In this document: positions 39,570 through 49,092 of the stretch, piece by piece
Layout: each line of letters opens with the position of its first letter
Position numbering within the stretch: the first letter of the stretch is position 1
NCBI GenBank assembly: GCA_963819655.1
Contig: CAWFXA010000003.1
Span: 896,001 to 960,000 of the forward strand
Direction of reading: 5' to 3'
From: an uncultured Chloroflexia bacterium
Lineage (GTDB): Bacteria > Chloroflexota > Limnocylindria > Limnocylindrales > CSP1-4
DNA length: 64,000 bases
Notes under the pieces: model-generated
What the model was told of the DNA's origin: nothing
Seen by the model: the letters and a program-made list of their open reading frames with translations, nothing else
Databases searched by the model: none
Translations under genes and position numbers: made by a program

Positions 39570-39664
39570 CCGGGTGCCCGCGATAACAATTGCTGGAGTA
39601 GCATGACCGGACGTCCCGCCCGTCCCCGTCAGCCCAGGGCGATCGATTCCGAGGTGATGCCCCA

Positions 39665-40435
39665 GTGAAGAACGTCATCGCGATCGCGAATCAGAAGGGC
39701 GGCGTTGGTAAGACGACGACAGCGATCAACCTCGCGGGGGCACTCGCCGAAGAGGGCTATCGAGTCCTCTGCATCGATATGGATCCCCAAGCGAACCTCA
39801 CCGCGGGCCTCGGCGTGAACCTCAACACCGTCGAGCGATCGATGGCCGACGTCCTCGCCGACGGCCGCTCGAAACTCGTGGACGTGATCCTCGCGACCGA
39901 GAGCCCGGGCATCGATGTGGCTCCCGCCCATATCGATCTCGCTTCGACCGAAGGCGAACTGTTCACCGCGTTGGGGCGGGAGAACATCCTGAAGGAGGCG
40001 ATCGTCGGCCAGCTCAAGGGTTACGACTACGTCCTTATCGATTGCCCACCGAACCTCGGCCTGCTCACCGTCAATGGGCTGGTAGCCGCCAACGGCGTGA
40101 TCATCCCGGTCCAGACCCAGTACTACGCGATGAAGGGCCTGACCAATCTCGTCAAGGTCATCAACGCGATCCGTCTCAAGCTGAACCGGAACCTCCGGAT
40201 CCTAGGTCTCCTGCCAACGTTCTACGACGGCCGGACGAACCTGGCCCGCGACATGCTGGACGAGCTGCGTGTCGTCGGCGACCACCATGTCTTCAGCAGC
40301 ATCGTCCGCAACACCGTCAAGCTCGGCGAGGCTCCGCTCGTCGGGCGACCGATCACGACGTACGCCGGCAGCAGCGAGGCTGCCCGGACGTACCGCGAGC
40401 TCGCACGAGAGGTGGTGGATCTTGGCACGGCCTGA
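39665..40435 (+). CDS. parA: ParA/Soj family ATPase
   Basis: [39 protein letters not shown]. Confidence 0.95.
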   Translation: MKNVIAIANQKGGVGKTTTAINLAGALAEEGYRVLCIDMDPQANLTAGLGVNLNTVERSMADVLADGRSKLVDVILATESPGIDVAPAHIDLASTEGELFTALGRENILKEAIVGQLKGYDYVLIDCPPNLGLLTVNGLVAANGVIIPVQTQYYAMKGLTNLVKVINAIRLKLNRNLRILGLLPTFYDGRTNLARDMLDELRVVGDHHVFSSIVRNTVKLGEAPLVGRPITTYAGSSEAARTYRELAREVVDLGTA

Positions 40436-41465
40436 TTTCCGCGCAGCGGCCGCGCGCCGCCTGTCGGAGGAGCGCGAGCTCTCCCCTGCCATCGTCAGCC
40501 TGCTGTCGCCGGACAGCCCGACGCGCAGCGTCGGCGTCCGCATCGTGCCGCTCGACCACATCGAGCAGAACCCGGAGCAGCCGCGCCTGGCGATGAACCC
40601 GGAGGCGCTCGACGAGCTCGCGGCATCGATCCGTGAGCACGGTGTCCTCCAACCGATCCTCGTCCGGCCCGTCGGCCCGAACACATACCAGCTGATCGCC
40701 GGCGAACGCCGCTGGCGCGCCTCGAAGCAGGCGGGCCTAACGACCATCCCGGCGCTGATCGAAGAGATCGACGACGACACGGCGCTCGAGATCTCCATCA
40801 TCGAGAACCTCCAGCGCGAGGACATCTCGCCTCTCGACGAAGCGGCGATGTTCGACCGCATGGTGTCCGAGCACGGGTACAGCATCCGCAAGCTCGCCGA
40901 CAAGCTCGGCAAGGACAAGGGCTACGTCGAGAACCGGCTCCGCCTGGCCGACGCCCCCGACGAGGTGCGCGAGCTCGTGTCCTTGCGCAAAGACACGCTC
41001 TCGCACGCGTACGAGCTGATGAAGGTCCAGGACCCGAAGCGACGCCGGCGACTCGCCGACCAGGTCGCGCGTGGCGAACTGACGCTCATCAGGCTTCGAG
41101 ACAAGATCGAGGGTCGTCGGGCGCGTCAGCCACAGCTGGCAGAGGAGCTCGAGGGCGCCGAGGCCGTCGTGATCCTCGAGGCAGTGATGATCGAGGACGA
41201 GCCGACCAACGGCTCGGCCATCGAGCCCGAGACCGACGCCGAAGCGCGACCCGCGCCGCGTCGGCCACTCAGCGACGACTCGCTCGTCAACGCCAAAGCG
41301 TCGCTCGCAGAGGCCCTCGACGAGTTGGTCGGCGTGCTCCGTGAGCCCGACGCGATACGTTCGATCGGCGACGTCGACCGGGACAATCTCGCGAAGTATC
41401 TGACGATCTCGAAGCTGCGGCTGGAGAACGCGATCGCGCTCGTCCGATCTGGCGAACTCGACTGA
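40422..41465 (+). CDS. parB: ParB/Spo0J family CTPase with divergent HTH
   Basis: [52 protein letters not shown]; TTG start after GAGGTGG. Confidence 0.93.
   Translation: MARPDFRAAAARRLSEERELSPAIVSLLSPDSPTRSVGVRIVPLDHIEQNPEQPRLAMNPEALDELAASIREHGVLQPILVRPVGPNTYQLIAGERRWRASKQAGLTTIPALIEEIDDDTALEISIIENLQREDISPLDEAAMFDRMVSEHGYSIRKLADKLGKDKGYVENRLRLADAPDEVRELVSLRKDTLSHAYELMKVQDPKRRRRLADQVARGELTLIRLRDKIEGRRARQPQLAEELEGAEAVVILEAVMIEDEPTNGSAIEPETDAEARPAPRRPLSDDSLVNAKASLAEALDELVGVLREPDAIRSIGDVDRDNLAKYLTISKLRLENAIALVRSGELD
40976..40997. other. Palindrome CGTGTCCTTGCGCAAAGACACG inside parB (putative non-canonical parS)
   Basis: 22-bp inverted repeat with one mismatch. Confidence 0.7.
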
Positions 41466-41499
41466 CGGCGTTCACCGCAACCGATTCGGCGACGCCTGC

Positions 41500-42351
41500 C
41501 TAGAACTCGACCTGCGTCATCGCCGCGACCCAGCCGGTCGCGGCGACCGCCGCTCCGACCGCCTGGGTCTCCCATGAACGCTGCCGCGCGCGGGGAGTCG
41601 AGCCGCGCCCGAGCGCGAGCCCCATAGTGACCAGCAGGGTCCCTGCGACCACCAGAGTCCACGTCGCAACGCCCCAGCTGGCGCGCCCTACGAGCACCAC
41701 GCCGACACCCGTCGCCGCGGCCATGAGCCCGGCGTTCAGCCACCACGATCGGACGGGTCCGAGGGCCGTCGCCACGGAGGAGGTCGCGGCCGCACGATCT
41801 GCGTCCAGGTCGGCACGCGCATTCGCCACGGCGAGTGCCGCGCCGGCGAGCACCGCCATCGGGATGAGCACGGCGAAAAATGCCGGGAGCGTACCCGTCG
41901 CCCCGAACCAGCCGTAGATAGGCAGCATCGGGATTCCCACGGCGAACGGCAGCCATGACCATGGCGTCCCCTTGGCCACGAGGTCGTAGGCGGCGCCGAT
42001 CGCCAGAACGACCAGGGCGAGACCGACGAGGCGCACGTCGACGATCGCCGCCAACCCCAGACCCAAGGCGGCCGCAACCAGGGCCACGGTCCGGGCGGTC
42101 GCGACAGACACCTCTTGTGCCGGGATCGGCTTGGGCGGCACCCGGCCCGCATCGGCCGGCGCATCGACGAGGTCGTTCAGCGCGCCGATCGCCAGCTGCA
42201 GCGCGATCATCGAAAGCCCGAGCAAGGCGCTGAGCGCGACCCCTCCCCCGGCAAGGAGCCCCACCGCGCCGACGACGACACCGTCAAGGATCGACGGGAA
42301 GGGATGGACCAGCCGGACCAGCGCCGGGAGGCGCGAGGACGCGGTGACCGT
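41500..42351 (-). CDS. UbiA-family prenyltransferase (start uncertain)
   Basis: LVRLVHP, NDLVDAPAD...KPIP, YD..AK, N..AD...D; multi-TM. Confidence 0.8.
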   Translation of the reverse strand, partial: TVTASSRLPALVRLVHPFPSILDGVVVGAVGLLAGGGVALSALLGLSMIALQLAIGALNDLVDAPADAGRVPPKPIPAQEVSVATARTVALVAAALGLGLAAIVDVRLVGLALVVLAIGAAYDLVAKGTPWSWLPFAVGIPMLPIYGWFGATGTLPAFFAVLIPMAVLAGAALAVANARADLDADRAAATSSVATALGPVRSWWLNAGLMAAATGVGVVLVGRASWGVATWTLVVAGTLLVTMGLALGRGSTPRARQRSWETQAVGAAVAATGWVAAMTQVEF

Positions 42352-42355
42352 TCGG

Positions 42356-42721
42356 TCAGACGTAGACCAGCTCGTCGAAATTCTCGACCAGGTAATCGAT
42401 GAGCCGCCGACGCCCGTCCTTCGCCTGTGCGCGGATCCCCGGTACGAGGGCGTACAGCGCCACGGCGGGGATCATCTGGCGACCCTCCGCGTCGCGCCCG
42501 ACCACCGCGACCGGTCCGTTGCCAGAAGCGAACACTCGTTCTATATCTCGCTCGCTGAGCTTCGCCGCCTTCCGGAAGTCGGTCAGGACGCGGATGACAC
42601 CGCGGCGCTTCGCGACGTCGCGCATCAACTCGGCGGCCCACGAGTCGATCTGTGCGTCGGACTGCTCGGTGAGCCGTGCTCGATATTCCTTGGGGTCGGC
42701 GGAAAGGCCGGTCGCTGCCAC
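42356..42721 (-). CDS. Hypothetical protein
   Basis: AGGAG RBS plus GTG; protein-like composition. Confidence 0.65.
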   Translation of the reverse strand: MAATGLSADPKEYRARLTEQSDAQIDSWAAELMRDVAKRRGVIRVLTDFRKAAKLSERDIERVFASGNGPVAVVGRDAEGRQMIPAVALYALVPGIRAQAKDGRRRLIDYLVENFDELVYV

Positions 42722-42803
42722 GCTCGCTCCTGCGGATCTGGTCGTCCGCCCGAGTATGCCAGACGGACCCAGGCCGCCGCCGAGCGTCGATCGTCCGTGG
42801 CGA

Positions 42804-43583
42804 TCAGCCGGCCTTCGCGGCCTCCACGCTCGATCCCGCGAGCTGCGCCGCGAGCGCCGCGTCACGCGATCCCTCGGGCCATTCGTTGAAACGCTCGGTC
42901 ATCCAGCGCCCCAGCCGGCCGTTGCGCTCGGGCTCTGCTGCGTCGCGCAGCATGGCCTGGAGCCGCGCCGACAGGGACGCCGTCATCGTCGTTACAGCCG
43001 CCCGGTCCGGTCGGCCCTCACCGACGATCGGTTCTCCGATCCGCACGCGCACCCGCCCACCGAACGGCAACCAGCTCGTGCCGTTGATCGCGATCGGGAC
43101 CAGCGGCACCCGCGAGCGCAAAGCGAAGTACGCCGGTCCGTCGTTGAGCGGGAGCAGGCGACCCTCGATCGCGCCGATCCGCCCCTCCCCCGCGATCGCG
43201 ACGATGCCGCCATCGGCGATCACGGCACCGACCCGACGGGTTGCCTCGAGTAGGTCGTTCTTGCCCGGCTTGTACGGGATCGCGCTCCCGGTCCAGAGCA
43301 TCACGCGGTTCCGTCCGCCGGCCCGCATGTCCTCTTCCTTCGGGCCGAAGAAAGACAGCCGAGGCCGGAGCGGCAGGGTCGCCATCAACACGAAGGGATC
43401 CACCCACGACAGATGGTTGAACGCGTAGATCGCAGGGCCGCGCGGCAGGCGCTCGCGATCCTGGACATCGAACCGCAGCCAGCCCCGCGTGATCAGCGCG
43501 ATGAGGAGCCGCGACACGTAGTACCGGATCGTCCGCCGCAGCGGATGGATGGCCAGCGGCGATCCCGCGCGCTGCGCGGTCAC
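42804..43583 (-). CDS. Lysophospholipid acyltransferase (PlsC-like)
   Basis: NHLSWVD, AGEG, VPLVPIAING. Confidence 0.88.
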   Translation of the reverse strand: MTAQRAGSPLAIHPLRRTIRYYVSRLLIALITRGWLRFDVQDRERLPRGPAIYAFNHLSWVDPFVLMATLPLRPRLSFFGPKEEDMRAGGRNRVMLWTGSAIPYKPGKNDLLEATRRVGAVIADGGIVAIAGEGRIGAIEGRLLPLNDGPAYFALRSRVPLVPIAINGTSWLPFGGRVRVRIGEPIVGEGRPDRAAVTTMTASLSARLQAMLRDAAEPERNGRLGRWMTERFNEWPEGSRDAALAAQLAGSSVEAAKAG

Positions 43584-43993
43584 GACGCGCGATCGATGGC
43601 TGCGTAGACCTCGAGAGCGAACGCGGAGATCGCCTCGCCCTCGTCGTCTGTGCCGCGGAGGATGATGTTGTCGACCTGGAACCCGACGAGCCGATGGCCA
43701 CCGACCTGTTCGACGGACAGCTCGCCGGTCTGGACCCGGTTCCAGCGGACGAGCTTGCCGGAGGACCGCGGGCCCTCCTGCGGGACGTTGACGCGCACAT
43801 GCACCTGGACCAGGCCGGCCGCCGTCGGCGTCAGGATCACGTAGCGCGCTTTCGGGTCCTCGCCCCATGCGATCCAGCTCGATGGATCCTTCGGGGCGCC
43901 GAGCGCGGCCAGGATCGGGGTCACCGTGGCCATGACCTTCGGCGCCACGGATTCCTTGTGTGGTGCGCGCTTCGACCACTCGCTCAGGCGCAT
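43580..43993 (-). CDS. Hypothetical protein (possible PH-like fold)
   Basis: GGGAGG RBS; GTGA overlap with the acyltransferase. Confidence 0.65.
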   Translation of the reverse strand: MRLSEWSKRAPHKESVAPKVMATVTPILAALGAPKDPSSWIAWGEDPKARYVILTPTAAGLVQVHVRVNVPQEGPRSSGKLVRWNRVQTGELSVEQVGGHRLVGFQVDNIILRGTDDEGEAISAFALEVYAAIDRAS

Positions 43994-44117
43994 GGTGTCC
44001 TCCCTGCGGCCGAACCCCTCCAGCCTTCGGCCGAGGCTAGCACACGGCCGTGGTTCGGCAGTCACACCATCGAGCCTGGGTGGTGCGCGGGTGCGTCCGG
44101 CCCGTAGGATGCGCACG

Positions 44118-45209
44118 ATGTCCATCGCTTTCGTGCCCCAGATCGCGCTGCTCGCGGCCGCCGGCGTGGTCGTTGGGCTGTGGCTGCTCGTCCGCGGGAT
44201 GACCGGCTACCGCGATGCCGCCCGCCTCGAGGACACCGCGACCTCGCGCATCGCGACGCTCGCCGCCGGCGAGGTCCAGCTGAGCGGCGCGATCGAGCCG
44301 GCGGAACTGACGCTGATCTCCCCGCTCCAGAGTGCGACTTGCGTCTACTACCGCTCGACGATCGACGACGGTGGCGACGGACTGGACCTCGGCGCCGCGT
44401 TCGCCGAGGAGCGCGCCGTCGGTTTTCGCGTGCGCGATGCCACGGGCGACATCCGGGTCTTCCCGCGTGGAGCCCGCTGGGATGCTCCGATGCATCTCGA
44501 TGAGGCCACCGGCGTCATGGGCGATGAGCCACCGGGATTGCGGTTGCGGACAGGCACGGCCGTCGCCGAGACGGGCCTTGGCCGCGAAGCCGCGATCGCC
44601 GCGCTGCTGACGGTGCCGACCGCGGGGACCGGCACTCTCTCGATCCTGGGCGGCACTGCTCGAAGCCTGTATGGCACCGGATCCGGGAAGCGTCATCGCT
44701 ACCGCGAGGCGCTCCTCGTGCCAGGCGATGCCATCACGATCGTCGGACGAGCGATGCCCTTCGTCGACCTCGCCGATCCGAACGAGGCGGACGTGGAGCT
44801 CGGATCCGGGCTCGCCGCGGACGACCCGGAGGTGGCCGGCGACATCGCCGAGGCCCGATCGGTCGGCCTTCTCGAGGACTCGGCGGAAGAGGCGTGGGGC
44901 AACGCCGCCATCCCGGGCTTCGGGATCGGCCGCCCCGTTCGTCCACCCGAGCTCGACTCGGCCGCGAACGCGCTGCCGATCGCCTCCCAGACCGAGGCCG
45001 CCGACGCGGAACGAAGGTTCACGATCGCACCCGAGACCCTTGTGCTTGCCAGCGCGCCAGGCGTCCCTCTGCTGATCGCCCACGGCCTGCCGAGCGTCGC
45101 GGTCGAGCGGCACCAGGATAGGTTCCTGATCGGGCTGCTGGGGGCCGTCCTCGCGATCGCCTGCGCGATCGTTCTCGCGCTGATGGCGCCGGGCGCGCTC
45201 GGAACGTGA
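44118..45209 (+). CDS. GIDE-domain-like membrane protein
   Basis: TM, T.TSRI..LAAG.V...G, L.SPL....CVYY, F...DATG...V.P.GA, YRE..L.PGD, C-terminal TM; precedes lemA. Confidence 0.7.
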   Translation: MSIAFVPQIALLAAAGVVVGLWLLVRGMTGYRDAARLEDTATSRIATLAAGEVQLSGAIEPAELTLISPLQSATCVYYRSTIDDGGDGLDLGAAFAEERAVGFRVRDATGDIRVFPRGARWDAPMHLDEATGVMGDEPPGLRLRTGTAVAETGLGREAAIAALLTVPTAGTGTLSILGGTARSLYGTGSGKRHRYREALLVPGDAITIVGRAMPFVDLADPNEADVELGSGLAADDPEVAGDIAEARSVGLLEDSAEEAWGNAAIPGFGIGRPVRPPELDSAANALPIASQTEAADAERRFTIAPETLVLASAPGVPLLIAHGLPSVAVERHQDRFLIGLLGAVLAIACAIVLALMAPGALGT

Positions 45210-45228
45210 CTGGAGGACGAAGCAGCCG

Positions 45229-45795
45229 ATGAGTCCAGCGACGTATGCGGCGGCGTTCGCGGTCGGGCTCGTCGTCGCGATCGTCGTGTTCCTGGCGATC
45301 ACCAGCTACAACGCGGTGATGGCGCTGCGCCAGCGGATCGACAAGGCCTGGGCCAACATCGACGTCGTCCTCAAGCAGCGGTACGACCAGCTGCCGGCGC
45401 TGGTGGCGGCCGTCCGCGGTCTCCTCGCCTTCGAGCAGGGCGTCCTGACCGAGGTCGCCCGTGCCCGCGCCGCGTACTCGCCGACCGAACCGATCCCCGA
45501 GCAGGCCGTCCACGCGGAGGAGACCTCGCGGGCCGTGCGCTCCCTGTTCGCGGTCGTCGAGGCCTACCCCCAGGTGCGGTCGGACGCGAACGTGCTCGAC
45601 CTCCAGAACGAGATCGAGCGGCTGGAAAGCATGATCGCGGACCGTCGCGAGCTGTACAACGATCAGGTCTATCGGTATAACGCGCGGATCTCCACCTGGC
45701 CGACGCTCCTGCTGGCGCCACTCTTCGGCTGGCGTCAGCGACAGTTCTTCGCCGCCGAACCCGACGAGACCGTCAGGCCGGCCACCGAGCCGTGA
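45229..45795 (+). CDS. lemA: LemA family protein
   Basis: YN....R.....WANIDV.LKQRYD..P.LV, EAYP, RRELYN..V..YN. Confidence 0.93.
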   Translation: MSPATYAAAFAVGLVVAIVVFLAITSYNAVMALRQRIDKAWANIDVVLKQRYDQLPALVAAVRGLLAFEQGVLTEVARARAAYSPTEPIPEQAVHAEETSRAVRSLFAVVEAYPQVRSDANVLDLQNEIERLESMIADRRELYNDQVYRYNARISTWPTLLLAPLFGWRQRQFFAAEPDETVRPATEP

Positions 45796-46397
45796 GCGAA
45801 CCGGAGGTCGAGCGCCAGATCTACATCGTTCGTCACGGCGAGACCGAGTGGTCGCGCTCCGGGCGGCACACCGGCCGGACGGACATCCCACTGACAGGGT
45901 TGGGCCGCGAGCAGGCACTGGACCTCGGCCGGCGAACGGCCGATCACCCATTCGCGCTCGTGCTGACGAGCCCGTTGTCCCGGGCCGCTGAGACGGCGCG
46001 CCTGGCAGGCTTCCCGGACGCGGAGCGCGTCGACGACCTCAGGGAATGGGACTACGGCGAGTTCGAGGGCCGGACGACCGCCGATATCCGACGCGAGCTG
46101 CCAGGTTGGACGATCTGGACCGGGCCGTGGCGCGGGGGTGAGACGGCCCGGAGGGTGAGCGCCCGTGCGGATCGCGTCATCGCCCGGTGCCTCGACCCCG
46201 CGGTCGAGGGCGACGCCCTGCTGTTCGCTCACGGGCACATCCTCCGCGTCCTCACGGCGCGGTGGCTGGGACTCCCGGCACGGCATGGCGCGCATTTCGC
46301 GCTTGGCACGGCGACGATCGGCATCCTCGGGTGGGAGCGATCGACCCACGTCATCGAGACCTGGAACGAAGCGTGTCACCTGGATCCTGAGGCGTGA
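45792..46397 (+). CDS. Histidine phosphatase family protein
   Basis: RHGETEW, SPL.RA.ETA, EWDYG, AHG. Confidence 0.92.
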   Translation: MSEPEVERQIYIVRHGETEWSRSGRHTGRTDIPLTGLGREQALDLGRRTADHPFALVLTSPLSRAAETARLAGFPDAERVDDLREWDYGEFEGRTTADIRRELPGWTIWTGPWRGGETARRVSARADRVIARCLDPAVEGDALLFAHGHILRVLTARWLGLPARHGAHFALGTATIGILGWERSTHVIETWNEACHLDPEA

Positions 46398-47914
46398 CGG
46401 AGGGCGCTGCCCACGTCCGGGGGTCGGCACTGCTGCTCGTGGGCCGGATGGTCTCGATCGGGATCAACCTCGTCAGCCAGGCGCTGATCGCCCGCCATCT
46501 CAGCCAGACCGAGTTCGGAGCGTTCGCCCTGGCGTTCGCCATCGCGGGTGTGGGCCAGGTCTTCATCACGCTCGGTCTGCACCGCGGGGCGACTCAGTTC
46601 TTCGCGCGGTATGAGGAGACGGGCGATCACCCACGCCTTATCGGATCGATCCTCGTCAATATCGCGGTCATCGTCGGGCTCGGCGCCATGCTCGTGCTCG
46701 GCGTGGCCGTCGCCCAGGGGCTGCTCACCTCGAGCGGCATGCTCGACCCGGCCGCTACGGGCCTGCTCCTGATCCTCGTGGTCCTGGCCCCGATCGATGC
46801 GCTCGACGACATGCTCATCGCCTTGCTCGCCGTGCTCGGCAGCTCGCGCTCGATCTTCATCCGCCGTTACGTGCTGGGCCCGCTGCTGCGCCTGGGCGTC
46901 GCGGCCACGCTGGTCCTCGCCGATGGCGATGCGACGCAGCTCGCGATCGGGTACCTGCTGGCGACCGTCTTCGGCCTGGCGGCATATGGCGCGCTGTTCG
47001 TACGGATGCTCGCGCAGCGCGGGGTGCTGCGCTCGCTGCGGTCGACGCCGCCGACGGCCCCGGCGCGCGAGATGATCCGCTTCTCGCTGCCATTGCTGAC
47101 CAACGACGGCGTCTGGCTCCTGGTCAATACGCTGCCGCTGGTCGTGCTGACCGCCGCCCGCGGGCTCGAGGAGGTGGCGGCCTTCCAGGTCATCCGTCCG
47201 GCAGCGGCGCTCAACACGATCGTCGCGTCTGCGTTCTACGTGCTCTACCTGCCCGTGGCTTCGCGGCTGGCCGCGCGCCACGACCTGGCTGCGTCGACCG
47301 ACCTGTTCTGGCGCACCGCCATGTGGGTGGCGGTCACGAGCTTCCCGATCTTCGCCGCGACATTCGCACTCGGCCGCCCGATCTCGGGCTTGCTCTTCGG
47401 CGACCGCTACGAACCCTCGGGGACATACCTGAGCATCCTCGCGGTCGGCTATCTCATCCAGGCCACGTTCGGGTTCAACGGGATCACTCTCGCGGCACAT
47501 GGCCACACCCGCACGGTGGCCGTCCTCAACGCCACAGCGGCGGCGGCCGGGGTGGCGGCGACTCTGGTCCTGGTGCCGGCGTATGGGGCCCTCGGGGCCG
47601 CGATCGCTGCGGCCGCGACCCTCATCCTCCAGAGCGTGCTGCTCCAGCTGGCGCTGCGACCCAAGGTCGGAATCCCGCTGATCGACCGCGAGGCCGTCCG
47701 GGTCTTCGCGATCATCATCGTCGCTGTCGCCGCGCTCACGGCGGTCCAGGCGCTCACCCCGTTCGGATGGTGGACGATCGCCGCGGTGGCGGCCGCGTCG
47801 CTCGCCGTCGTCATCTTGAACCGCGATGCGCTCCAGATCGAGTCGTACTTCCCCGAGGTCGGTGGCGTCCTCGACAGGCTCCCCGGGTTGCTGCGCGGAC
47901 GACGGCGGCCCTGA
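46394..47914 (+). CDS. MOP/Wzx-like oligosaccharide flippase
   Basis: About 14 TMs, AR.L...EFG, LVPAYGALGAAIA. Confidence 0.82.
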   Translation: MTEGAAHVRGSALLLVGRMVSIGINLVSQALIARHLSQTEFGAFALAFAIAGVGQVFITLGLHRGATQFFARYEETGDHPRLIGSILVNIAVIVGLGAMLVLGVAVAQGLLTSSGMLDPAATGLLLILVVLAPIDALDDMLIALLAVLGSSRSIFIRRYVLGPLLRLGVAATLVLADGDATQLAIGYLLATVFGLAAYGALFVRMLAQRGVLRSLRSTPPTAPAREMIRFSLPLLTNDGVWLLVNTLPLVVLTAARGLEEVAAFQVIRPAAALNTIVASAFYVLYLPVASRLAARHDLAASTDLFWRTAMWVAVTSFPIFAATFALGRPISGLLFGDRYEPSGTYLSILAVGYLIQATFGFNGITLAAHGHTRTVAVLNATAAAAGVAATLVLVPAYGALGAAIAAAATLILQSVLLQLALRPKVGIPLIDREAVRVFAIIIVAVAALTAVQALTPFGWWTIAAVAAASLAVVILNRDALQIESYFPEVGGVLDRLPGLLRGRRRP

Positions 47915-47933
47915 GGATCCGAAGGTTCGACGG

Positions 47934-48686
47934 TCAGCTCCCCTCCCCGACCCGGCGCCGCACTTCCCATTCCGCGACTGCCACGAACACGACGCCACCG
48001 GCAAGAGCGACCCATCCCCACGGACCCGGGAGGGCGGATGCGTACCCCGCGAAGAGGAGCGAGGCGCCGCCCATGACCGCGAGCGCCACCCCGGCACACC
48101 ATGCGGCGAGTCGGAACGCCGTCGGGCGGAGGGCCGCCAGCGCACCGAGCATGACGATGGCGGCCGCGTAGAACGATGTCTCGACCCAATGGAAGAATGC
48201 GGCGTGCTCGCTCGTGTGGTCCGCGCGCTGCAGACCGGCCTGATCCAGGGCATACACGGTCAAAGGGATGGCGCCGGCGAGGACCAGTACGAGGAGGATG
48301 GGGCTCGGCCGGCCGGCCGGGATGGGTCGAGAACGATCGGGCAGCACGGCCCACAGGACTGCGACGAGGATGATGAACGGGAGCGTGAACGGATCGAGCG
48401 TCAGGGCGGCGGCCATCGTTGCCAGCCCGGCGACACCGACGGCCGCGAGCACGACCAGCGGTCGGATGGCTGCCTCGGGTCTGCGCGCCACAGCGATGAC
48501 AGGCGGCGCGGACACGATCAGCAGAAGCGACGCGACGATGACGTTGTGGTAGGCGTGCGGCGCCTGCGCGGGCACGAGGATACCCACCACCACGGTCACG
48601 ACGCCAAAGCCGACGGCCGACACGGCCATGATGACAGCGAGGACGCGCATCGCTCGCAGCCTGCCGGAACGGGCGCCTTCGGCCAC
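47934..48686 (-). CDS. Multi-pass membrane protein
   Basis: Seven to eight hydrophobic segments; His-containing motifs HAYHN and EHAAFFHW. Confidence 0.65.
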   Translation of the reverse strand: MAEGARSGRLRAMRVLAVIMAVSAVGFGVVTVVVGILVPAQAPHAYHNVIVASLLLIVSAPPVIAVARRPEAAIRPLVVLAAVGVAGLATMAAALTLDPFTLPFIILVAVLWAVLPDRSRPIPAGRPSPILLVLVLAGAIPLTVYALDQAGLQRADHTSEHAAFFHWVETSFYAAAIVMLGALAALRPTAFRLAAWCAGVALAVMGGASLLFAGYASALPGPWGWVALAGGVVFVAVAEWEVRRRVGEGS

Positions 48687-48693
48687 GGGTCCC

Positions 48694-49056
48694 CTAGCGG
48701 ACGCCGCTGTCGAGGTCGGCCACGCGCGCACGGACGAGGTCCTCGAGCAGATCGTCCGGCAACGGTGCCGTCGGCGTGAAATGGAGGCTGCCCTTCGTCC
48801 GGTCGAAGCCTGCGATCGCCTCCGCCCGCGTTTCCATGAATGTGTCGGTCAGCGGGTAGATGCTGCAGTGCTGTTTCCAGCCCGCGTAGGACACAAGGAA
48901 CCGTCCGCGGAGCTTGAACGCCGGCATGCCATAGCTGATGGTCTCGACGGCGTCGGGCACGATCCGCCTGACCTCGTCCCGCACGTGCTGCAGGGCCACC
49001 TTCTGATCCTGGGGAAGCGAGGCGAGGTAGGCATCGACTGCCGGATCACGACCCAT
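48694..49056 (-). CDS. DUF1801/YdhG-like protein
   Basis: VDAYLA, ETISYGMPAF, KGSLHF....PLP. Confidence 0.88.
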   Translation of the reverse strand: MGRDPAVDAYLASLPQDQKVALQHVRDEVRRIVPDAVETISYGMPAFKLRGRFLVSYAGWKQHCSIYPLTDTFMETRAEAIAGFDRTKGSLHFTPTAPLPDDLLEDLVRARVADLDSGVR

Positions 49057-49092
49057 GGCGTCCGATGATAGCCGCCGGCAGGACCGCGGAGA

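Noticed and set aside
39470-39664. Definitive oriC call
   Set aside because: Only 2-3 DnaA boxes, no clear unwinding element or DnaA-trios, and no dnaA nearby; kept as a hypothesis only
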